A stretch of DNA of 64,000 nucleotides from Anaeramoeba ignava BMAN (lineage: Eukaryota; Protista; Anaeramoebae). The position numbers were made by a program, and so were the translations under genes. The stretch covers positions 310,001-374,000 of the forward strand of contig JAPDFW010000072.1 of the NCBI GenBank assembly GCA_028826165.1, given 5' to 3'. The notes under the pieces were generated by a model that was given only the letters and a program-made list of their open reading frames with translations, was not told the origin of the DNA and made no database searches. Below are positions 13,293 through 22,739 of the stretch, piece after piece. How positions within the stretch are numbered: the stretch's first letter is position 1; each line of letters begins with the position of its first letter.

Positions 13293-16200
13293 ATGATAAC
13301 TAATTCCTTTATAATTGAAAAATCAAATCAATTTACAAATCAAAATCAAAATCAAAATCAAAATCAAAATCAAAATCAAAATCAAAATCAACTTGTAAAT
13401 CAAAATCAAAATCAAAATCAAAATCAAAATCAAAATTTAAATCAAAATCAAAATCAAAATCAAAATCAACTTGTAAATCAAAATCAACTTGTAAATCAAA
13501 ATTTAAATCAAAATCAAAATTTAAATCAAAATCAATTTACAAATCAAAATCAACTTGTAAATCAAAATCAAAATCAACTTGTAAATCAAAATCAATTTCA
13601 ATTTGTAAATCAAAACCAAAATCAATTTACAAATCAAAATCAACTTGGAAATCAAATTGGAAATCAATTTCAAAATCAAAATCAAAATCAAAATCAAAAT
13701 CAAAATCAAAATCAAAGTCAAAATCAAAATCAAAATCAAAATCAATTTCAAAATCAAAATCAAAATCAATTTCAAAATCAAATTGGAAATCAACTTGGAA
13801 ATCAAAATCAAAATCAAAATCAATTTACAAATCAAAATCAAAATTTAAATTTAAATCAACTTGGAAATCAAAATCAAAATCAAAATCAAAATCAAAATCA
13901 AAATCAAAATTTAAATCAAAATCAAAATAAAATGCAATTATCACCTTTAACACTAAAATCTCCAAATTTAATAAACCAAAACAAAAATTTATTTCAAAAT
14001 CAAAATAAAACATACTCAAATAATACAAATTTTGGATCAAATTTGAATTCAAATATTTTCAACAAACAAAACAAATCAGAACCATTTACTTTATCAACAT
14101 CAAAAAAATTATTTCCAAAACCCAATTTAAAACCAGTTCAATTGTTTCAAAGACAAAATTTAAATTTAAATTTAAATTCAAATTCAAATTCAAATTCAAA
14201 TTCAAATTCCCAACAAGAAATTGATTTAACTTTCAATACAAATAATAATTCAAATTCAAAATTAAATTCAATTTCAATTTCAAATTCAAATAATAATATG
14301 AATCCTAATCAAATCATAAATTCAAATAAATTCTCTTTTTCACAAAAAAATACTTTATTATCTCAACAACCTTTAAAATCTCAAAATTTATCTCCCTTTT
14401 CAACTCCAAATTTAAAAAATTCTCTAAATTTAAAATCTTCTTTATTAAAAACATCACCTCCTTCTAATTTCAAACCATTAACCAACGAGAAAATTCCTTT
14501 ATTACAATCAAATTCATTTCCAAAAAAACTTGATTCAAATTTTTCTATTCAAAATCAAAATGATTCAAATAATTTTTCACAACCATTTCAATCACAATCA
14601 AATGAGAAAAAAATATTTTCAAACTCAAACAACACAAATAAAGCTCAAAATCAATTTATAAATCAAAATCAAAATATAAATCAAAATCAAAATCAAAATA
14701 TAAATCAAAATTTAAATAAAGATCAACATATTACAATTAATAACAATCATATCCGAAATAATATTTATGTTACATCTGATACACAATTCAGTTTCCAAAA
14801 CCAAAACCAAACCCGAAATAATCAACCTCAAACATTCTTTAATCAAAACCAAAAAATTACAGTAAACTCAAATTACCAAAAATTCGCAAATTTATTTGAT
14901 AAGGATGAAGAAAAAGAAATAGAAGAAAAACCTAAAAAAATATGGACAAGTACATTTGATAAATCCTTCTCACCACTTGGATTATCAAACAGTAAATTGG
15001 ATCCAAATATTTCACTATCAATGAGTAATAAAAATACACACGAAAAACTAGAAATAGATTTGGAAGCAGCAAAAACATGGATTTTCCCAATAAATAAGCC
15101 CAAAAGAGATTACCAATTCAGTATTTGCTATACATCATTGTTATATAATACACTAGTATCCTTACCAACAGGATTAGGCAAAACATTTATTGCAGGAGTT
15201 TTGATGTATAATTTTTACAGATGGTTTCCAAACGGAAAATTAATTTTTATGGCACCAACAAAAGCACTTGTTTCTCAACAAGTAATGGCAGTTTATGAGA
15301 CTGTTGGATTGCCTTTGGAAGAAACTGAGGAAATGACAGGAGATATAAACCCAGAAAAACGCGTCAATTTATGGAAAACAAAGAGGATTTTTTATGTCAC
15401 TCCTCAGTCACTCAAACACGATCTGGAAAATGAAATTTGTCCTTCTCATCTTGTTGTTTGCGTTATTGTTGATGAAGCTCATAGAAGTATGGGCAAATAT
15501 CCTTATACAGAAGTTGTCAAGATGCTTTTATTTAATAGTTCTAATTTCCGCATCCTTGCTTTGAGTGCAACACCAGGAACTTCCAAAGAAAAAATACAGC
15601 AAATTGTCAATAATCTTCTCATTGCAAAAATCGAAAATCGAGATGAAAGTGATAGCGATGTTTCCAAATATTTGCATGATAAAACAATCGAAACATACAC
15701 AATTTCACTCCAACAAAACAACGAATTAATCTTGTTGAAGAATATATTTAAGGATATTATTGAATCCCAATTGAGGGAATTATATGATAGTGATTTGATA
15801 TATTCTGCAAATATAGATGTAATGAATACATCCAGAGTATATGGAGCATATTTCAACTTGAAAAAAACACAACAAACACAAAAAAAACAAGATTTGCCAC
15901 AAAATGCACTTATAACTGCTCTTTCCCATTTTGGATTGGTTCTCACTCTTTATAAGGCATGGGATAGACTCATTCAGCATGGAATACTATCTTTTTATGA
16001 ATTTATCCAGAAGAATTACATCGATTGCCCAAAAAATCAACTCAGAAAAAAGGAAAAAGTGTTGAATCACCCTTCTTTTTTGAAATTGCAACAAATGCTT
16101 CCCAAAATTATCAATGGATTAACTAACTCCCATCCCAAACTTAAAAAATTGTATGAGATTGTTTCCTCTCATTTTGAAGAGAAAATGAAACAAGGAAATG

Positions 16201-19200
16201 AATTCTACCAAAATTCGCGAGTCATTGTTTTCTCTTCTTTTCGTGATTCTGTTGATGTTATTACATCCACTCTTTCTCAAAATCAACTGATCAAAGTAAT
16301 GCCTTTTATTGGGCAAAGTTCAAAGAAGGGAAGTCGTGGATTAACCAGCAAAGAACAGAAATTTGTCATCGCAAAATTTAAGGAAGGTGGTTTTAACACT
16401 TTGGTATCAACATCAGTGCATCCCGATGAATATATTATTTTAATGAATCCTCATAATGAAATTGTGATTGAGAAAATTGGAAAATTTGTAGAAATGTTTC
16501 TTGTTCCAAAAAATCAAGATCCAAAAACCAAAAAAATACCAAAAATCAATGCAAAAAGAAACATTTCCACTCAAAATTGGAAAAGTCTTTCTTGCGACCA
16601 ATTTGGTTCTAATGTTGGTTTTTATCCAATTACTCATGTCCATCGACATGTTAGAAGAAGTAATGTTGTTGATGTAAAACTTTCAAATGGGTTTTCAACT
16701 CTTGTAACTGAAGATCATAGTTTGTTTACAGCATACAACAACAATAACAACCAACAGAAACTTGTATCATTTAAACCTGAATTAGGAAAGTTGTGTAATT
16801 ATTGTGTTCAAATTCCTGATATTGACTCGAAAAAAACAAGTATTGATTTAGTCTCAGAAATGCTCAAAGAAACAAATTCTTTTCCTTCTTCAAAATTAAT
16901 TTGCGTTTTCCAAAACTTGGATCAAATCAAAATGCAAGATTTATATGAAGATTTCCAATGTTTATCCAATAAAAAATGTTATTCACATAAAATTCCAAAA
17001 TTGGTCAATTCTCAATTTATTATTAAAATGGAAGAAAATGGAATTGAACAATTTATTATTACCCAAAAAGGGAAAAAATATTTTGGAGCAATTTTGTGGT
17101 TAATGGAAAATGTATATTTTAATTTGAAATTCAGAAGATATTCACGAATATTTACAGAAAACAACAAAAAAATAAACTTTAACTTTAACGAACCTAAATT
17201 TATCAAAAAGAACTTTTCTCAAAAAATTTATTTTGGAACAAATCAAAACCAAAATGTCCCAAGATTTTTGGAAATAAACCCGCAACTTTTGAGATTTATT
17301 GCAAATTTTCTTGTTTATGGAGAAGTTATTGATTCCCCACAAAGCAAGAATAAATTAATCCAGTTTAAAAATGTGAGAACAGAAAAACAGAAAAGAAAAA
17401 TTATTGAAAATGCAACAGGATTCATTGATTGTAAAAAATGGCGAGAACGAAGTGATTTAAATGGAGAAATTTTAGAAATTGAAGGAGATTTAATTTTATC
17501 AATATTCCAAATGTGTTTTCATTGTGATCCTCAAGAACAAATGAAAGAAATTCCAAGATTTATTTTTTCGTTGGGAAAAAAATACAAAAAAGAATTTATA
17601 AATGAGATTTTCAATTCAAATTTTCAAGTCAATGATAAAATGTTGCGAACATCAAGTAGAAAATTAATTATTGGGATAATTTTATTAATAAGACAAACAG
17701 AAATTTTTTCAAGAAAGGAAATTAGTATTAAAACTAAAGCATATAAAGATGGGAAAGGAGTAATTTTTGAGGTTGGAAAAAAGAAAAGAGAAAAAGAACA
17801 AGAAAATGAAACATTATTTAGTAAGATTGATAGTATTGATATTATTGAGAGGCAACCAGAATTTGTTTATGATATTTCTGTATTTGGAACAGAAAAATTT
17901 TTTGGAGGAGTTGGATTAATTAATATTCACAATTCTGTTGGTGAGGAAGGACTTGATATTGGAGAAGTTGATTTGATTGTTTGTTATGATTCGTCGAGTG
18001 ATCCAAAACGTAATATTCAACGATATGGACGAACAGGAAGGAAAAGAGAAGGAAGAGTAGTAATTCTTGCGACAGAAAATTCAGAAGAATTAACATTGAA
18101 AAAAAGTGCAACCAAAAAGAAAGCAATTGCAAAAGAATTAAGTCATGTTGATCAATTTGAGTTATATTCAAGAAATCCAAGAATGATTCCTGATGATATT
18201 AAGCCAGTTTGTGTTGAAAAGAAGTTGGAAATTCTTCCTTTGAATTTTTCGGATGTGAAAAAGAAGTTTAAAAGAAGAAGTCCACAAAAAAGATCAACTA
18301 ATTTACCTTTTTTATCAAAATCAGAAATTGATTTTTTGCAATCGAGGTATCATATTATGGAATATGAATTTGGGAGTTTTAAATTTGATATTGAGAAAAA
18401 TATTGAAGATCAAAAAATTTTAAATGATTGCTATGAAGTTGGGCATTCAAATAGAACAAAATTATTGAATGAATTTCTTTTATATTTTGAGAATAATCGA
18501 TTAAATACAAATTTAGAAACAAATTTAGAAACAAATTTAGAAACAAATTTAGAAACAAATTTAGAAACAAATTTAGAAAGAAATTTAAATACAAATTTAG
18601 AAAGAAATTTAGAATCAAATTTAGAATCAAATTTAAAAAGAAATTTAAATTCAAATTTAGAAAGAAATTTAAATTCAAATTTAGAAAGAAATTTAAATTC
18701 AAATTTAGAAAGAAATTTAAATTCAAATTTAGAAAGAAATTTAAATTCAAATTTAGAAAGAAATTTAAATACAAATTTAGAAAGAAATTTAAATTCAAAT
18801 TTAGAATCAAATTTAGAATCAAATTTAGAATCAAATTTAGAAAGAAATTTAGATACAAATTTAGAAAGAAATTTAAATACAAATTTAGAATCAAATTTAG
18901 AATCAAATTTAGAAAGAAATTTAGAATCAAATTTAGAATCAAATTTAGAAACAAATTCAAATACAAATTTAAATACAAATTTAAATACAAATTTAGAAAC
19001 AAATCCAAAAGAAGGAAAAAACAAAAAGGAAGATAATAAAGATAAGAAAAACAAACATAAGCATAAACATAAGCATAAACATAAACATAAACATAAACAT
19101 AAACGCAAACATAAACACAAACATAAACACAAGCATAAAAATAAAAATAAAGATAAAGATAAAAATAAAAATAAAAATAAAGATAAAGATAAAGATAAAG

Positions 19201-19892
19201 ATAAAAATAAAAATAAAGATAAAGATAAAGATAAAGATAAAACAATGGTTCAAAAGCAACTTGAATTCGAAAAAACACCAAAAATTCTTCCATTTCAAAG
19301 TACAATTGATAAGATTAAAAATTTTTCAAACAATTTCAACAAAGAAATTCAAATTGAAAATGAAAATTTAAATCAAATTCAAAATGAAAATTTAAATCAA
19401 ATTCAAAATGAAAATTTAAATCAAGATCAAATTGATAATGATAATGATATTATTAAAAATGAAGATGATTATGATAATTATTATGATATAGATTACGATA
19501 TGGATTACGATATGGATTATGATATTGATTATGATAATGAAATTAATGATGATTATGATATGGATGAAGAATTAAGTCAAAATGAAAATCAAATTGAAAA
19601 TCAAATTCAAAATCAAATTGAAAATCAAAATCAAAATCAAAATCAAAATCAAATTCAAAATCAAAATCAAAATCAAATTCAAAATCAAATTGAAAATCAA
19701 AATCAAATTGAAAATCAAATTGAAAATCAAATTGAAATTCAAAATCAAAATGAAATCGAAAATCAAAATGAAAATCAAAATCAAAATAAGATTCAATCAA
19801 GATTTGCTAAATTTTTGAATGTTAATAAGAAATATGAAAATATGAAAAATTCTTTTGGTTCACATAATATTTCATCTTTATTTAAAAAATAA
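13293..19892 (+). CDS. FANCM: FANCM/Mph1/Hef-family DEAH helicase precursor containing an intein; long N/Q-rich termini; no ERCC4 nuclease domain seen
   Basis: PKRDYQ, LPTGLGKT, FMAPTK, VDEAH, LALSATPG, HPKL, FIGQ, LVST|SVGEEGLDIGEVDLIVCYD, QRYGRTGRKREG. Confidence 0.92.
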   Translation: MITNSFIIEKSNQFTNQNQNQNQNQNQNQNQNQLVNQNQNQNQNQNQNLNQNQNQNQNQLVNQNQLVNQNLNQNQNLNQNQFTNQNQLVNQNQNQLVNQNQFQFVNQNQNQFTNQNQLGNQIGNQFQNQNQNQNQNQNQNQSQNQNQNQNQFQNQNQNQFQNQIGNQLGNQNQNQNQFTNQNQNLNLNQLGNQNQNQNQNQNQNQNLNQNQNKMQLSPLTLKSPNLINQNKNLFQNQNKTYSNNTNFGSNLNSNIFNKQNKSEPFTLSTSKKLFPKPNLKPVQLFQRQNLNLNLNSNSNSNSNSNSQQEIDLTFNTNNNSNSKLNSISISNSNNNMNPNQIINSNKFSFSQKNTLLSQQPLKSQNLSPFSTPNLKNSLNLKSSLLKTSPPSNFKPLTNEKIPLLQSNSFPKKLDSNFSIQNQNDSNNFSQPFQSQSNEKKIFSNSNNTNKAQNQFINQNQNINQNQNQNINQNLNKDQHITINNNHIRNNIYVTSDTQFSFQNQNQTRNNQPQTFFNQNQKITVNSNYQKFANLFDKDEEKEIEEKPKKIWTSTFDKSFSPLGLSNSKLDPNISLSMSNKNTHEKLEIDLEAAKTWIFPINKPKRDYQFSICYTSLLYNTLVSLPTGLGKTFIAGVLMYNFYRWFPNGKLIFMAPTKALVSQQVMAVYETVGLPLEETEEMTGDINPEKRVNLWKTKRIFYVTPQSLKHDLENEICPSHLVVCVIVDEAHRSMGKYPYTEVVKMLLFNSSNFRILALSATPGTSKEKIQQIVNNLLIAKIENRDESDSDVSKYLHDKTIETYTISLQQNNELILLKNIFKDIIESQLRELYDSDLIYSANIDVMNTSRVYGAYFNLKKTQQTQKKQDLPQNALITALSHFGLVLTLYKAWDRLIQHGILSFYEFIQKNYIDCPKNQLRKKEKVLNHPSFLKLQQMLPKIINGLTNSHPKLKKLYEIVSSHFEEKMKQGNEFYQNSRVIVFSSFRDSVDVITSTLSQNQLIKVMPFIGQSSKKGSRGLTSKEQKFVIAKFKEGGFNTLVSTSVHPDEYIILMNPHNEIVIEKIGKFVEMFLVPKNQDPKTKKIPKINAKRNISTQNWKSLSCDQFGSNVGFYPITHVHRHVRRSNVVDVKLSNGFSTLVTEDHSLFTAYNNNNNQQKLVSFKPELGKLCNYCVQIPDIDSKKTSIDLVSEMLKETNSFPSSKLICVFQNLDQIKMQDLYEDFQCLSNKKCYSHKIPKLVNSQFIIKMEENGIEQFIITQKGKKYFGAILWLMENVYFNLKFRRYSRIFTENNKKINFNFNEPKFIKKNFSQKIYFGTNQNQNVPRFLEINPQLLRFIANFLVYGEVIDSPQSKNKLIQFKNVRTEKQKRKIIENATGFIDCKKWRERSDLNGEILEIEGDLILSIFQMCFHCDPQEQMKEIPRFIFSLGKKYKKEFINEIFNSNFQVNDKMLRTSSRKLIIGIILLIRQTEIFSRKEISIKTKAYKDGKGVIFEVGKKKREKEQENETLFSKIDSIDIIERQPEFVYDISVFGTEKFFGGVGLINIHNSVGEEGLDIGEVDLIVCYDSSSDPKRNIQRYGRTGRKREGRVVILATENSEELTLKKSATKKKAIAKELSHVDQFELYSRNPRMIPDDIKPVCVEKKLEILPLNFSDVKKKFKRRSPQKRSTNLPFLSKSEIDFLQSRYHIMEYEFGSFKFDIEKNIEDQKILNDCYEVGHSNRTKLLNEFLLYFENNRLNTNLETNLETNLETNLETNLETNLERNLNTNLERNLESNLESNLKRNLNSNLERNLNSNLERNLNSNLERNLNSNLERNLNSNLERNLNTNLERNLNSNLESNLESNLESNLERNLDTNLERNLNTNLESNLESNLERNLESNLESNLETNSNTNLNTNLNTNLETNPKEGKNKKEDNKDKKNKHKHKHKHKHKHKHKHKRKHKHKHKHKHKNKNKDKDKNKNKNKDKDKDKDKNKNKDKDKDKDKTMVQKQLEFEKTPKILPFQSTIDKIKNFSNNFNKEIQIENENLNQIQNENLNQIQNENLNQDQIDNDNDIIKNEDDYDNYYDIDYDMDYDMDYDIDYDNEINDDYDMDEELSQNENQIENQIQNQIENQNQNQNQNQIQNQNQNQIQNQIENQNQIENQIENQIEIQNQNEIENQNENQNQNKIQSRFAKFLNVNKKYENMKNSFGSHNISSLFKK
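16413..17933 (+). mobile_element. Intein (507 aa, Ser1...His-Asn, +1 Ser) with degenerate LAGLIDADG homing endonuclease, in FANCM helicase motif V
   Basis: Removing it restores TLVST-SVGEEGLDI. Block A SVHPDEYI, block B LVTEDHSLF, block F EFVYDISVFGTEKFFGG, block G LINIHN/S. LAGLIDADG-position remnants are LLRFIANFLVYG and KEFINEIFNSN. Confidence 0.93.
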
Positions 19893-20074
19893 TAATTGAA
19901 AATAATTAGTAAATTTCCCAAATTCAAATTCAATTCAAATTCAAATTCAATTCAAATTCAATTCAAATTCAAATTCAAATTCAAATTCAAAATCAAAATA
20001 AATTTTTCATTTTGTTTAAATTTTTCATTTTTCATTTTTCATTTTTCATTTTTCATTTTTCATTTTTATTTAAA

Positions 20075-22122
20075 ATGATAAATTTCGAAAAAAAGAAAAA
20101 AAAAACAACAATTAAAAAAAAATTAATTAAAGAAAATCCAAAAGATAATTTTAAAATTGAAGTTCATATTTATAATTTACTTTGTGAATTTAAAGGAAAA
20201 CAAATTCCTCAAAAAATTTTATATCCATTTTCAACCAATTTTGTTGAACCAAGTTTAGATAAAATTTTAAAAATATTTTTACAAAAACTTGCAAGAATTC
20301 AATTTCGTTTAAAGAAAAAAAAAGTAGTTGATAGAAGAAAAATACGTTATGTTGTTGGTTTTAGGTTAATTTTAATTTTGAAATGAATTTTGAAATGAAT
20401 TTTAATTTAGAAATGAATTTAAATTTAGAAATGAATTTTAATTTTGAAATGAATTTTAATATTGAAATTAATTTTAATTTAGAAATGAATTTTAATATTG
20501 AAATGAATTTTAATATTGAAATTAATTTTAATTTAGAAATTAATTTTAATTTAGAAATGAATTTTAATATTGAAATGAATTTTAATTTTATAAATAGAGA
20601 AGTTGTTTCATATTTAAAAGTGAAAAAAATAAAAATTGTTATTCTTGCATCAGATATTGATCCAAGTAAAACATTATTTGATTTAATTGAAAAAATAAGA
20701 GCAGCACAAATACCAATAATAGTTGGATTAACTCGGAATAAATTATCAAAAGTTATCAGCACAAGAGGTCGTTCAAGTTTAGTTGCTATTCTTAATCCAA
20801 ATGGTGCTGATCAAGTTTTTAAAAAAATTGATGCATTTTTTCTTCGTAGTCAAAATAATTATTTCAAAATTGCTGTTGATTTTATTATCCAAAAATTTAA
20901 TGATTTACATAATTTGGATTTTTCCGTTTATTCTATTAATTCTTTGGAAAATATTCAACTTAAAAATCAATTTAAATCAAATTACTTTCTTCAAGGAATT
21001 GAACATTTCCAAACCCTTCCCATTTTAAATCAAAATCAAAATCAAAATCAAAATCAAAATCAAAATCAAAATGAAAATCAAATTGAAAATCAAAATCAAA
21101 ATCAAATTGAAAATCAAAATCAAAATGAAAATGAAATTGAAAATCAAATTGAAAATCAAATTGAAAATCAAAATCAAAATCAAAATCAAATTGAAAATCA
21201 AAATCAAAATCAAATTGAAAATCAAAATGAAAATCAAATTCAAAATCAAAATCAAATTGAAAATCAAATTGAAAATCAAATTGAAAATCAAATTCAAAAT
21301 CAAAATCAAATTGAAAATCAAAATCAAATTGAAAATCAAATTGAAAATCAAATTGAAAATCAAATTGAAAATCAAATTGAAAATCAAATTGAAAATCAAA
21401 TTGAAAATCAAATTGAAAATCAAATTGAAAATCAAATTGAAAATCAAATTGAAAATCAAATTGAAAATCAAATTGAAAATCAAATTGAAAATCAAATTGA
21501 AAATCAAAATCAAAATCAAATTGAAAATCAAAATGAAAATGAAAATCAAAATCAAATTGAAAATCAAATTGAAAATCAAATTGAAAATCAAATTGAAAAT
21601 CAAAATGAAAATCAAAATCAAATTGAAAATCAAAATCAAATTGAAAATCAAAATCAAATTGAAAATCAAAATCAAATTGAAAATCAAATTCAAAATCAAA
21701 ATCAAATTGAAAATCAAAATCAAATTGAAAATCAAAATCAAAATCAAAATCAAAATCAAATTGAAATTGAAAATCAAATTGAAAATCAAATTGAAAATCA
21801 AAATCAAAATCAAATTGAAAATCAAAATCAAGTTGAAAATCAAATTGAAAATCAAAATCAAATTGAAAATCAAAATCAAATTGAAAATCAAATTGAAAAT
21901 CAAAATCAAATTGAAAATCAAATTGAAAATCAAATTGAAAATCAAATTGAAAATCAAAATCAAATTGAAAATCAAAATCCAATTAAAATTATTCTTCATT
22001 TTCTTAATTTTCTTGGAAAAGAAATTCATGAAATGCCAATAGAATTAATAACAAAATTAAAAGAAAATATTCAGAATTCACCTTTTCCTGGAATTTTTAA
22101 TCAAATAGAAAATCAAAAATAG
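20075..22122 (+). CDS. SECISBP2: SECIS-binding protein 2-like L7Ae protein (exons 20075-20364, 20598-22122) with a ~310-aa NQIE repeat tail
   Basis: Spliced sequence LDKILKIFLQKLARIQFRL..RYVVGFREVVSYLKVKKIKIVILA..IPIIVGLTRNKLSK..SLVAILNPNGADQVFKKI resembles the SBP2 RNA-binding region as recalled (LLKELVRFQDR..RLVLGLREVLKHLKL..VSVVGIFSYDGA). GT-AG intron at 20365-20597. Confidence 0.8.
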
Positions 22123-22203
22123 AAAATAAAATAAAATGAAATGGAATAAATTTGAATCCATTTTTTTTATTTAAAAAATTGAAAATTCTATATAATTTTT
22201 TTT

Positions 22204-22264
22204 GTTAGAATTTCAAAAAAACCCCTTCCAATTAGGATTTCAGGGAATCTTATCATAGATCTAA
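22204..22264 (-). promoter_or_regulatory. Eukaryotic SECIS element (type II)
   Basis: The minus strand reads TTAGATCT-ATGA-TAAGATTCCCTG-AAA-TCCTAATTGGA-AGGGGTTTTTTT-GA-AATTCTAAC, i.e. ATGA-N12-AA-N24-GA. Helix II contains CCCU/AGGG, the apical mini-stem is UCC/GGA, and helix I is UUAGA/UCUAA. Confidence 0.8.
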
Positions 22265-22355
22265 AAAAAAAAATTTAAGAAAATTCAAAAAAAAAAGTGT
22301 CAAAAAAAAATTGTTCAAGAAAGTTTTAAATTTTAAATTTTAAATTTTAAATTGT

Positions 22356-22550
22356 TTAATTTCATCCTTCTGAACATTCGGATGAAGTTTGACTTCGACT
22401 TTTTCTTGATTTTCTTGAACTTTTTTCTTTTAACATTGGTTGTGTTCGTTTTGTTCTTGTTGTTCTTGTTGTTCTTGAATTGTTAGAATTTGAACATCTT
22501 GGTTTTCCATCATCATCTCCAAAACAACATGCAAATAACATTCAGCACAT
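22356..22550 (-). CDS. Candidate small selenoprotein, 64 aa, in-frame TGA at codons 3 and 63
   Basis: MC(U)MLFACCFGDDDGKPRCSNSNNSRTTRTTRTKRTQPML...SSRKSRKSRSQTSSECSEG(U)N-TAA. The ATG has AAA context, the stretch is GC-richer than its flanks, and a SECIS lies ~105 nt past the last TGA. Confidence 0.72.
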
Positions 22551-22739
22551 TTTAATTTTATCTTTAAATTTTTTTTTGTTTTGTGTTTTAGGGAAAATTA
22601 AAACAAAAAAGAAATAAAAAATGAAATAAAAAAAGAAAAATGAAAAATGAAAAATGAAAAATGAAAAATGATTTTTAATTTTTTTTTTAATAAATTTAAA
22701 AAAATCACACGTGTTCTTATATTTTTTTTATCCCCTCTT

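Noticed and set aside
20383-20597. N-terminal EMNFN repeat of ORF 20383-22122 as protein
   Set aside because: It lies within the GT-AG intron 20365-20597, whose removal restores the SBP2 GFREV motif.
22356-22550. Genome-wide UGA reassignment as the explanation for the in-frame TGAs
   Set aside because: Long conserved ORFs here have no internal TGA, and TGA acts as the terminal stop at 7943 and 38420. SECIS-dependent recoding fits better.
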